In this document: positions 28,254 to 35,813 of the stretch, piece by piece
Layout: each line of letters begins with the position of its first letter
Numbering within the stretch: the stretch's first letter is position 1
DNA from: Candidatus Poriferisocius sp.
Lineage (GTDB): Bacteria; Actinomycetota; Acidimicrobiia; Acidimicrobiales; Bin134
Assembly: GCF_965204015.1 (NCBI RefSeq)
Contig: NZ_OZ241965.1
Span: forward strand, 375,991-439,990
DNA: 64,000 nt
Reading direction: 5' to 3'
The notes under the pieces: generated by a model
Seen by the model: only the letters and a program-made list of their open reading frames with translations
Told to the model about the DNA's origin: nothing
Databases searched by the model: none
Translations under genes and position numbers: made by a program

Positions 28254-28633
28254 CCCACTCCGCCCTCAACCAGTTCCACCGGTGCCAAATAGATGCGGCT
28301 TTCAGGTTCCACCATCCCCAATCGGTACAGGGCCTCCGCTCTGATGCGGTCGGGAGCCTCGGCCCTGGCCACGTAGAGCCGCAGCTTCTCGTTTTCCACT
28401 TGGACTTCTTCGAGCTGCTCATTCAGATCGTCGAGGGTGGCCTGGCGATCGACAATCACCGCGTGGAACAGGGCCAGGGCAAACAGGGCGATCACCACCG
28501 TCACCGCGATGACCCAGCCCACCAAAGACATCAATCTGCGGCGCGGCCTCGGGGCTGGCTGTAGGTGCCGGCGAGGACGTTCGGCGGGCCCTGTGGGCGT
28601 TGGGCGGGGATGGTGCCGAGGAGCAGCCATCAT
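28250..28633 (-). CDS. ftsL: FtsL-like septation protein (single TM + coiled coil)
   Basis: 127 aa in the conserved position between rsmH and ftsI. It has a basic N-terminus, a TM (LVGWVIAVTVVIALFALALF) and a coiled coil (LDDLNEQLEEVQVENEKLRL). It overlaps both neighbours by 4 nt. Confidence 0.65.
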   Translation of the reverse strand: MMAAPRHHPRPTPTGPAERPRRHLQPAPRPRRRLMSLVGWVIAVTVVIALFALALFHAVIVDRQATLDDLNEQLEEVQVENEKLRLYVARAEAPDRIRAEALYRLGMVEPESRIYLAPVELVEGGVG

Positions 28634-29616
28634 GCTTCTCCCTCATCGGTAGCCGCCCCTCGCTTGACGAAGGCCCGGAAGCGGGCGCTGGAAGCTCTGG
28701 GGTTGTCGGCGACCTCAGCCGGTCGCGGTCGGCGGCTGCCTCGGGGAACCAGTTCGATGGCGGGCGGCATGTGGGCCGCAGGCCGGGGCAGCCCCCGGAA
28801 ACGAGCTTCATCATCCAGCCCCGCTTGGCGACGCAGCACCTGCTTCACGATGCGGTCTTCTCCACTGTGATAGCTGAGGACCACCCCCCGGCTATCAGGC
28901 ACCATCCGGTCGATGGCTGTATCCAGGGCGGGCTCAATCTGGTTCAACTCGTCGTTGACCGCGATGCGAATGGCCTGGAAGGTCCGCTTGGCCGGATGGC
29001 CTCCCCGGCGTCGGGCGGGAGCGGGAATGGCATCGCGAACCACTTCGGCCAACGCGGTGGTGGACGCGATCGGCCGGGCCGAAGCGATGGCGGCGGCAAT
29101 TCGGTTGGCGTAGCGCTCATCGCCGTAGGACCGCAGGATCTTAATCAGTTCAGAGGCTGACCACTTGTTCACCACTTCGTCGGCCGAGAGTTGCTGGCCG
29201 CCATCCATCCTCATATCCAGCGGACCGTCGTGGCGATAGCTGAAACCCCGCTCTGGGTGATCCAGTTGCGGAGAGCTGACCCCGAAGTCAAACAGGGATC
29301 CCACAATGCGAGTTACGCCCAGGGAATCCAAGGCATCGCCCAATTGGCCAAAGCTGGCGTGGCGGATCGTCGCTCCTCGGCCAGCTAATGCAGTGGTGGC
29401 GGCCTCGACCGCGGAGGGGTCACGGTCGAGGCCTATCAGCGAGAGATCAGGACGGGCGTTCAAGAGCGCCCGAGCGTGACCTCCCCCGCCTACGGTGGCG
29501 TCGAGAAAGGCTCCCGACGGGACCGCGGACAAGTGCGCCACCACTTCTGTCACCATGACGGGATGATGGACGAAACGACGTTCGATCGCTGTCGATGTCC
29601 CCCCGTTCATGTTCAT
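28630..29616 (-). CDS. rsmH: 16S rRNA (cytosine1402-N4)-methyltransferase
   Basis: 328 aa with HHPVMVTEV, DATVGGGGHA, DFGVSSPQLD and SYHSGEDRIVK motifs. Confidence 0.95.
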   Translation of the reverse strand: MNMNGGTSTAIERRFVHHPVMVTEVVAHLSAVPSGAFLDATVGGGGHARALLNARPDLSLIGLDRDPSAVEAATTALAGRGATIRHASFGQLGDALDSLGVTRIVGSLFDFGVSSPQLDHPERGFSYRHDGPLDMRMDGGQQLSADEVVNKWSASELIKILRSYGDERYANRIAAAIASARPIASTTALAEVVRDAIPAPARRRGGHPAKRTFQAIRIAVNDELNQIEPALDTAIDRMVPDSRGVVLSYHSGEDRIVKQVLRRQAGLDDEARFRGLPRPAAHMPPAIELVPRGSRRPRPAEVADNPRASSARFRAFVKRGAATDEGEA

Positions 29617-29874
29617 TCACCTCCCTGGCGATTCAGCAGACGGACTGGTGAAGGGCCTGTTTTTTGCGTCCGATGTGATCGGACGGCAAGAATGTCGCCC
29701 ATCGGCAGTCCTCCGCCCGGCGACCGCACTCCGGGATTTCTCCCCGGTTGTGTCAGATGGCAAGCGGGCGGAGTAGGGGCCTTCCATCTCGTCGGACGGA
29801 GGACTGCCCATGAGCGCACTCCTTGTTGGCCTACATGGAGGTCACCAACCTTGTTCTCTGTTTGCGGATCCACA
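29617..29874 (-). promoter_or_regulatory. 258-nt structured mraZ-rsmH spacer; candidate rsmH (mraW) 5' leader RNA
   Basis: A perfect 12-nt long-range complement (GGCAGTCCTCCG 29704-29715 / CGGAGGACTGCC 29797-29808) and a perfect 7-bp hairpin at 29668-29684. I do not accept any ORF here. Confidence 0.3.
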
Positions 29875-30294
29875 TCACAACCACCGGTCAACGTCTGCCT
29901 CGCCGAGTTCGGCTTGCAGCGACTGCCATTGCTCCGCGTCCCACACCTCTCCGCGGTTGAACACACCGACCAGCACCACGTTCTTGTCCAGACCCAGAAC
30001 TTCACGCTTGGAGGTGGGGAGGCTCAATCGGCCTTGAGCATCCACAGTCGCCGGCTCCAGGCTGGAAGAGAATCGGCGCAACTCATCGCCGGTGGCCTCC
30101 CCGGCCCGCACGGCAGCCTCGAGCCGCTCCAGCGAGCTTCGGGCCTCCTCCGCAGTCCAGATTCCGAGGCACTGCTTGTAGATCGCCACATAGGCCCCTT
30201 CGGCCAGCACCGAGCGGAAGGCCGGCGGCAGCGAGAGCCGGCCCTTGTCATCAAGGGAACGAGCGTGCTCACCGGTGAGCACAATTCCCCCCAA
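29875..30294 (-). CDS. mraZ: transcriptional regulator MraZ
   Basis: Two SpoVT/AbrB-like halves, each with a DxxGR motif (LDDKGRLSLP, VDAQGRLSLP). The TTG at 30294 is in the track. The GTG at 30282 (VLTGEHARSLDDKGR), preceded by GGGGGGA, is an equally good start. Confidence 0.9.
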   Translation of the reverse strand: MGGIVLTGEHARSLDDKGRLSLPPAFRSVLAEGAYVAIYKQCLGIWTAEEARSSLERLEAAVRAGEATGDELRRFSSSLEPATVDAQGRLSLPTSKREVLGLDKNVVLVGVFNRGEVWDAEQWQSLQAELGEADVDRWL

Positions 30295-30320
30295 CGGGTC
30301 CCGAGCGTCTCCCCTTCTCT

Positions 30321-30355
30321 CCCACTTCGTCCCACCTTATCCCCCCCTGCCCCAC
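30321..30355 (-). promoter_or_regulatory. candidate MraZ operator: GTGGG direct repeats in 10-bp register
   Basis: CCCAC on the + strand at 30321, 30331 and 30351 (offsets 10 and 20 bp). A C-rich degenerate unit sits at 30341. The repeats lie 27-73 nt upstream of the candidate mraZ starts. Confidence 0.45.
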
Positions 30356-30473
30356 CCATGCAACCCAATCCAACGAAATAGATGTGGCAGGTACCACCGC
30401 GGCCGCGTGGAAACGCGAACGCCATCAAGACGCCATCAAGCGCGAATGGAAATGGAGAAGCCTCTAGAGCCGC

Positions 30474-31088
30474 CTAACGAGGCAGGGAGGCCAAGAACGC
30501 CGCGTGGATATCGGCAGGCTGGGCCTCTACCGGCCAGGCGGCCGACGAAAGGGCGTTTCGAAGCTGGGCCGATGAATCCGCCAGGCGAGCCAATAGCTCT
30601 TCGGGGTCCCAATGGCGATACAAGAGGGTTTGAAATCGCGCGGTGGTCCGGGTTCGCCGCTGGGTGACACCCACCGCTTTGGCCCCGCTCACGAGCACCT
30701 CGCCGGGCCCCCGGCTGGCGAAGCAGGCCAACCGTCCCCACGGACCGGGCTCATAGCGGTCGAAGACCTCGCCGGGCCCGATGCCCAACGAGGCCAGGGC
30801 CGCGGCCCAGACCTCGCCCAGCCACAGGGGTGCCCGGTTCACATCGTCATCCCAAAGCGGGTCGCGGCAACCGATCACCACGTCGACCCAGACCGAGTGA
30901 TCGGGCGCCACCAGCACTGCGCCCCCTGCACTTCGGCGGCGTACGACCGTTGACCCATCGGTGATCGCGCTCGAAGCGATCTCCTCGGGTTGGGCCGATC
31001 CGAGCACCAGCGCCGTGTTATGGGGTGACATCAGCCAAATCTCCCGATCGACATCGGGGCCAGGGTTGAGGTCGTGCAACTCCCCCAC
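30474..31088 (-). CDS. biotin/lipoate protein ligase (BPL_LplA_LipB) domain protein
   Basis: VVRRRSAGGAVLVAPDHSVWVDVV resembles the RRxSGGGAV-H motif of LplA/BPL catalytic domains. I trimmed the start to the GTG at 31088, because the longer ORF overlaps the HNH gene. The start is uncertain (the TTG at 31100 and the ATG at 31031 are also possible). Confidence 0.6.
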   Translation of the reverse strand: MGELHDLNPGPDVDREIWLMSPHNTALVLGSAQPEEIASSAITDGSTVVRRRSAGGAVLVAPDHSVWVDVVIGCRDPLWDDDVNRAPLWLGEVWAAALASLGIGPGEVFDRYEPGPWGRLACFASRGPGEVLVSGAKAVGVTQRRTRTTARFQTLLYRHWDPEELLARLADSSAQLRNALSSAAWPVEAQPADIHAAFLASLPR

Positions 31089-31137
31089 CGATCCGCCCAA
31101 TCGGCGGATTGTCCATCCGCCCCCGATGGACAAGGGA

Positions 31138-31659
31138 TCAGGCGACGGACTCAGCCGATGGGTCGAGGTAGGGCAGCCAGTCGTGGGGCACATGGCCCAC
31201 GGCAGAGGCCACCCAGGCGGAGCGGGGCGGCTCGGCCGGCGGACGCATGAGCCGCATGTGGGTCTCGGAGAGCAGCCGATCCCGCTTGGCCATGTTGCAC
31301 CGCCGACAAGCGGCCACCACGTTCTCCCACGAGTGGGTCCCTCCCCGACTGCGAGGCCGGACATGGTCAATGGAATCGGCATGGCGACCGCAGTACTGGC
31401 AGCGATAGCCGTCTCGGGCGAACACTCCCCGACGACTGAGCCCGCCCGTGCGGAAGAACGGCACCTTCACGTAGTATCGCAACCGGACTACCGACGGCAC
31501 CGGCAGATCGAGCCGCTCGGAGCGGAACCGCTCACCGGACTCCAGCACGACCTCAGCCTTCTCGGCCATCACCAGCACGAGGGCGCGCCGGGGCGACACC
31601 ACGCTCAGCGGCTCGAAAGATGCGTTCAGCACCAGCGCCCGGCTCATGGGGAAAACCAT
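31138..31659 (-). CDS. HNH endonuclease
   Basis: RDGYRCQYCGRHADSIDHVRPRSRGGTHSWENVVAACRRCNMAKRDR is a classic HNH/Zn-finger motif, and the N-terminal LVLNASFEPL is also typical. The start is at ATG 31659 or 31647. Confidence 0.8.
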   Translation of the reverse strand: MVFPMSRALVLNASFEPLSVVSPRRALVLVMAEKAEVVLESGERFRSERLDLPVPSVVRLRYYVKVPFFRTGGLSRRGVFARDGYRCQYCGRHADSIDHVRPRSRGGTHSWENVVAACRRCNMAKRDRLLSETHMRLMRPPAEPPRSAWVASAVGHVPHDWLPYLDPSAESVA

Positions 31660-31688
31660 AGTGAACCCGCCGGGCTGCTTTGCGCGGA

Positions 31689-31895
31689 TTACCCGGTTCG
31701 CTCCCAAACCTTGCACCATCGCAAGTACGTAATCAGGTCATCGGCGCGGGGCTGGGCATCGGCATCGCCGTACATAGTGACCATCCGGAACTTCAAATAT
31801 GCCGGATCGGGGAGCAACCTCAACCGCCATCCCATCCGCACCGCGGTAATCCATAGGCTGGGATGTCCGAGGAGCCTGGCGAACGATCTAGCCAC
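31689..31895 (-). CDS. small hypothetical protein
   Basis: 68-aa ORF with non-random composition (W/Y/K-containing: DLITYLRWCKVWE). It lies immediately upstream of the HNH gene on the same strand. I recognise no motif. Confidence 0.4.
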   Translation of the reverse strand: MARSFARLLGHPSLWITAVRMGWRLRLLPDPAYLKFRMVTMYGDADAQPRADDLITYLRWCKVWERTG

Positions 31896-31940
31896 GGTTC
31901 CAGGCTACGCGTTGTAACTCGTGGCCGGTACGATGGGCCG

Positions 31941-32516
31941 ATGGGAACACTTGCCGTTACCGGCGATCACGACGCCGACCAACTCCTCATCGATGACCCA
32001 TTTGCCTTGTTGCTGGCCATGATGCTCGACCAGCAAGTCCCCATGGAGTGGGCCTTCAAGTCACCTTCGCGGTTGAAGGAGCGCATCCCCGAAGACTTCT
32101 CGGCCGCGGGATTGGCTGCGATGGATCCCGAGAAAGCCGAGGCCGCATTCAAGGAGAAACCCGCCCTCCACCGGTTCCCCGGATCAATGGCCCGCCGAGC
32201 CCAAGAGCTTGCCCGCCACCTCGTAGACCACTATGACGGCGACGCTGGCCGGGTATGGACTGAAGCCGCCACCGGTCCAGAACTGCTCAAGCGCCTCAAG
32301 GCCCTACCCGGCTACGGCGACGAAAAGGCCAAGATCTTCCTCGCCGTCCTGGCCAAGCGCTTCGACATAACCCCCGAAGGCTGGGAAACCGCCGCCGCCC
32401 CCTTCTCCGACCCCACCCCCCGCACCGTCGCCGACATAGACAGCCCCGAAGCCCTAGCCGAAGTAAGAGCCTGGAAAAAAGCCCAAAAAGCCAAAGGCAA
32501 AACCAAGCAAGACTGA
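31941..32516 (+). CDS. HhH-GPD-type base-excision-repair family protein
   Basis: The start is trimmed to MGTLAVTGDHDADQLL. LDQQVPMEWAF...ALHRFPGSMA...LPGYGDEKAKIFLAVL fits the helix-hairpin-helix GPD-like family. It has a Lys-rich C-terminus. Confidence 0.7.
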   Translation: MGTLAVTGDHDADQLLIDDPFALLLAMMLDQQVPMEWAFKSPSRLKERIPEDFSAAGLAAMDPEKAEAAFKEKPALHRFPGSMARRAQELARHLVDHYDGDAGRVWTEAATGPELLKRLKALPGYGDEKAKIFLAVLAKRFDITPEGWETAAAPFSDPTPRTVADIDSPEALAEVRAWKKAQKAKGKTKQD

Positions 32517-32561
32517 ATGCCAGTAAGAATCCTGGCGCACTGAGGTGCGTTTAGAAGTAGC

Positions 32562-32822
32562 TCAGCTAAGCGGGGCGATCTTCTGTGGAGGCGTTCCGCT
32601 CTTCAGGGTGTGCCACGCTGACATGAGCTCTTGTTCATGAAGCTCGCTCCACTCTGCAACCATGTTTCGGCATCGCCTGGGTAGTGATCCTTCAATAATC
32701 GAACGCGTGGCGATATCGATCGTTGCACTGTGCTCGCCATATTGAGCGTGGAAGTGCGGAGGGTTGTGGTCGTTGGCGAACATCCGAATGACAATGCCGT
32801 AGAAGCGACTGAGTTCTGGCAT
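32562..32822 (-). CDS. DUF4160 domain protein (toxin-antitoxin-like pair member)
   Basis: The start is trimmed to MPELSRFYGIVIRMFANDHNPPHFHAQYGEH, the hallmark DUF4160 N-terminus. Confidence 0.75.
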   Translation of the reverse strand: MPELSRFYGIVIRMFANDHNPPHFHAQYGEHSATIDIATRSIIEGSLPRRCRNMVAEWSELHEQELMSAWHTLKSGTPPQKIAPLS

Positions 32823-32833
32823 CGGCAGCCCGG

Positions 32834-33127
32834 CTAGTCCAAAAGTGGTTGCCAGGGCTTCGGGTATAGGTCCTTGAGCGACTTGCCAGTGAGGTCCATA
32901 TAGAGCCCGTGTTGGCTGAGTTCCACGTCGTCGCCGTCGCCCCAGGCCACTGCCCCGTAATCGCGAATGCTCACATTCCGGAAGAAGGCTGGATCTGACC
33001 ACGCGGAGAACACGCCCTTCGAGGCCCAGCGAGAGAGGTCCACCTCACCTTCGACGCCGTCGGCAAAGCGCAGCCACAACCGGTAGAGCCCTCTCGGCTC
33101 AACCTCTACAACGCGCACTGCATCCAC
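32834..33127 (-). CDS. DUF2442 domain protein (toxin-antitoxin-like pair member)
   Basis: 97 aa. VVEVEPRGLYRLWLRFADGVEGEVDLS...DYGAVAWGDGDDVELSQHGLY matches the DUF2442 pattern. Confidence 0.75.
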   Translation of the reverse strand: MDAVRVVEVEPRGLYRLWLRFADGVEGEVDLSRWASKGVFSAWSDPAFFRNVSIRDYGAVAWGDGDDVELSQHGLYMDLTGKSLKDLYPKPWQPLLD

Positions 33128-33300
33128 GACGACATCCTACCCACGATGGGTGTTTTTCCACGCTCTGCCAAGTCTTTGAGCCTATTGACTCCAGTGGCAA
33201 CTTCACTTCGAGCCAACTCCAATCGGACGTATCTCGCAGTATGGTTCAGACGACACCGGGATCAGCCGTGGCGGTGTGATGCTGAACGGAGCGAGATCGC

Positions 33301-34143
33301 TTGGCCAACCAGAATCAAAGAGACGGTCTACCCATTTCAGTTGACGCAGTGATCTGGGACCTAGACGACACTCTCGTTGTCGAGCGGCCCGCAGCCGAAG
33401 CAGCGATGGCGGCGACGTGTCGGCATGCTTCCACCGTTCTCGACGTCGACCCGGAACAGCTCGAGCAAGACGTCTTTGACGAGGCCAAGTCCCAATGGTC
33501 TAGCCTGCCCACCATTGACTTTGCTCGCCGGGTGGGCATCGCCAGTTGGGAAGCCCTGTGGGCGACCTTCGAGGGGCCCGGCCAAGAATTGTCTGACCTC
33601 CGGGCAGTGCGGCTTTCGCATCGACAGGCCGTGTGGCGTGAGGCGATTGAGCGTCAGACCACCGTTGACCCTCGCACGGTTGAGGAGTTGTCCGAACGCT
33701 TCGTCGACGAACGCCTCAACCGCATGGAGGCTTACCCCGACGCCGAGCCAGTCATCAGCCAACTTCAGCCAGAGATACCGATGGCTATCGTCACCAACGG
33801 TGCCCCCGACACGCAGCGAACCAAGCTGCGCCTTACCGGACTAGATCGCCTCGGCCTGCCCACCGTCGTCGCCGGCGAGTTCGATATCGGCAAACCCAAC
33901 CCCGAGCCGTTCCTGCGGGCCTTAGACCAACTCGGAATAGCCCCTGAACAGGCCGTCTTCGTCGGCAACAGCCTTACCCGCGACATCGCCCCCGCCCTCA
34001 ACCTGGACATGGCCGCACTCCTCATTGCCCGCCGCCCCCATGATCACAACTCCATCACCCTCCCTGAGGGCCGGTGCAGCGTCATTTCCTCACTCCACGC
34101 CATCCATCAATTCCTGTCGGTGCCGGGGGTAGACAATCAGTAG
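33301..34143 (+). CDS. HAD-IA family hydrolase
   Basis: It has motif I (VIWDLDDTL), motif II (IVTNG) and motif III/IV (GKPNPEPF...VFVGNSLTRDI). The TTG at 33301 is in the track, but the GTG at 33349 places DxD at the N-terminus and may be the true start. Confidence 0.8.
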   Translation: MANQNQRDGLPISVDAVIWDLDDTLVVERPAAEAAMAATCRHASTVLDVDPEQLEQDVFDEAKSQWSSLPTIDFARRVGIASWEALWATFEGPGQELSDLRAVRLSHRQAVWREAIERQTTVDPRTVEELSERFVDERLNRMEAYPDAEPVISQLQPEIPMAIVTNGAPDTQRTKLRLTGLDRLGLPTVVAGEFDIGKPNPEPFLRALDQLGIAPEQAVFVGNSLTRDIAPALNLDMAALLIARRPHDHNSITLPEGRCSVISSLHAIHQFLSVPGVDNQ

Positions 34144-34460
34144 CGAATATCCAGTGCGTAGCGCAGGGCTTGGTCGAGTCGTGTTCGGACATCGACACTG
34201 AGGCGGCCGACGGGCTCGGAGTCAAGCAGGGTTTGCGAGATGGTGAGGACGTTGTCGCAATTGATCACGCTGGGCGACAACAGCCCCTCCTCTAGGCCGA
34301 CTTCGACTTCGGAGCGAATTCCCCGAATAGTCCGAGTAATCGGAGCACAAGTGACTGAAGTAAGCACTGCAAGCGCGGCGTTGCGGGTGAGGACGCAGAC
34401 AGGACGCCGTCCGTGCGGCGGGCCGAGGTCTGCCCAGAAGACGTCGCCGCGGCTTACCAC
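34137..34460 (-). CDS. mazF: MazF/PemK-family type II toxin (mRNA interferase)
   Basis: 107 aa. RGDVFWADLGPPHGRRPVCVLTRN...CAPITRT...LSPSVINCDNVLTISQTLL matches the MazF fold pattern. It overlaps the upstream antitoxin by 7 nt. Confidence 0.85.
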   Translation of the reverse strand: MVSRGDVFWADLGPPHGRRPVCVLTRNAALAVLTSVTCAPITRTIRGIRSEVEVGLEEGLLSPSVINCDNVLTISQTLLDSEPVGRLSVDVRTRLDQALRYALDIRY

Positions 34461-34759
34461 TCAGGTGCGGTGATAGCAGCAACCCGGGAGGAGGAGGCCA
34501 CAAGACCTTGGTCTTGTGGAATTCGGCGGTAGGCCTCTTGCAACTCCTGATCTGAGGCCTCGCATTCCGTGGCAGCAATGGCCGTGGTGACGATACGACG
34601 CACCAGCACAGAGCGGCTCGTCCCTTGTTTAGCAGCCAGCTTGTCCAACTGCTCCACAAGGTCATCGTCGAATTGGAACACCACGTCCTGAAGTGCCACG
34701 ACCTCAGCATACTCCCTTGTCCGAGAAAACCCTGGTGTGCATTTGATGCCTGTCAGCAT
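34454..34759 (-). CDS. ribbon-helix-helix (CopG-like) antitoxin
   Basis: VVFQFDDDLVEQLDKLAAKQGTSRSVLVRRIV is an RHH motif. The true start may be the GTG at 34699. Confidence 0.75.
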   Translation of the reverse strand: MLTGIKCTPGFSRTREYAEVVALQDVVFQFDDDLVEQLDKLAAKQGTSRSVLVRRIVTTAIAATECEASDQELQEAYRRIPQDQGLVASSSRVAAITAPEW

Positions 34760-34780
34760 CCTCGGAATGGATTCCCCGCC

Positions 34781-35581
34781 TCAGGGGATGAGGGTTATTT
34801 GGGAGTCGAGCCAGCCTAGGAGGATGGCGATGCAGCGGGGGTCCGAGTGGAGGCGGTGGCCGGCTCCGCTGATGATGCGCAAACCGGCGTCGCCGTGGGC
34901 GTCGGCGATGGCCCTGGCGTCAAGGGGGGAAACCTCCCGATCGTTGGATCCGTGAAGTACCAGCATGGGGCGAGGAGCGATCTCGGCGGCGCAGCGGTCT
35001 ACTTGGATCGAACGGGCCGATTTGGCCCAGGAATCAATGGCCTCGGGAAATTCGGGGGAAGAGATGATCCCGAGGGACCGGGCATAGTCAACAACACGAG
35101 AGGCGTCGAGGCCCCAGTGGGCGAAGTCCACCGGGGCCCCCATGGTGGCGACTCCCCTAATTCGATTGTCATCCTGAGCCACGTGGGCGGCCAGTGCCCC
35201 GCCGATGCCGAATCCGGCCAGCCAAACCCCCTCCACCTGCTCGAGCCCGTTCAGATAGTCGACGGCGCTGCGGATGTCGTCCGTCCATCCATCCAGCGAG
35301 AAATCGCCCTCGCTGTCGCCGCAACCCCGGTAGTTGAGCACCAGAGCGGCCCATTCCATATTCTGGGCGATCCGGTCGGCCAGGGGATAGATCCGCTCAG
35401 CAGCCCGAGCACCCCCGTTGGCGGCCGACGGAAAGCCAGGACACAGCACCACTCCGGGCAGCGCCCGCATTCGCCGACTCTCCGGCAGGGTCAGATGCCC
35501 GGCAAGCTTGAGCCCGCCAGAGCTCTGCCAATGAGTCACACTGATGCGATCCTGGCCAAAGGCTCCCGCGGTGCGGACCAA
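34781..35581 (-). CDS. alpha/beta hydrolase fold protein with Gly at the nucleophile-elbow position
   Basis: The strand-elbow-helix VWLAGFGIGGALA has GGC (35207-35209) where Ser is expected. The Asp (GSNDREV) and His (GAGHRLH) regions are present. I trimmed the start to the TTG at 35581, after the upstream small ORF. The start is uncertain. Confidence 0.7.
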   Translation of the reverse strand: MVRTAGAFGQDRISVTHWQSSGGLKLAGHLTLPESRRMRALPGVVLCPGFPSAANGGARAAERIYPLADRIAQNMEWAALVLNYRGCGDSEGDFSLDGWTDDIRSAVDYLNGLEQVEGVWLAGFGIGGALAAHVAQDDNRIRGVATMGAPVDFAHWGLDASRVVDYARSLGIISSPEFPEAIDSWAKSARSIQVDRCAAEIAPRPMLVLHGSNDREVSPLDARAIADAHGDAGLRIISGAGHRLHSDPRCIAILLGWLDSQITLIP

Positions 35582-35600
35582 TTGGACAATTTCCAGCAGG

Positions 35601-35813
35601 TCATACCGTTCGGGGCCGATAGCCGCGGTTTCGGGCCTCGGCCAGGGTGTCGGGTCCGAACACCAGGAACTGCTCGGATGCAATAAGTTCCTCGATGACC
35701 GACTCGTCCCCCACCTCATCCAAGTCGTACACCAACTGGGACCGCTTGTCCCCCACGTACCGAAAGCCCTCCAGCGACCGCGGCCTGTCCATCCCCAAAC
35801 CGTACCGTTTCAC
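35601..35813 (-). CDS. small hypothetical protein
   Basis: 70 aa with protein-like composition (LEGFRYVGDKRSQLVYDLDEVGDESVIEELIASEQFLVFGPDTLAEARNRG). Its GTG start overlaps the upstream stop (TAGTG). Confidence 0.5.
   Translation of the reverse strand: MKRYGLGMDRPRSLEGFRYVGDKRSQLVYDLDEVGDESVIEELIASEQFLVFGPDTLAEARNRGYRPRTV

Noticed and set aside
29617-29811. A 64-aa ORF in the mraZ-rsmH spacer that ends immediately before the rsmH ATG.
   Set aside because: It has Ser/Pro/Arg/Gly-rich, low-complexity composition, no motif, and no convincing RBS. The region is better explained as a structured leader.
30391-30410. The GC-rich near-palindrome CCACCGCGGCCGCGTGG downstream of the BPL-like gene, as a terminator.
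   Set aside because: It is not a clean hairpin. The central GCGGCCGC is self-complementary and leaves no loop, the arms are offset by one base, and no U-tract follows.
33128-33300. An intergenic region next to the TA-like islet, scanned for tRNA, att-like repeats or an integrase remnant.
   Set aside because: I found no tRNA-like T-arm (GGTTCGAATCC type), no direct repeats matching the other islet border, and no ORF with integrase motifs.
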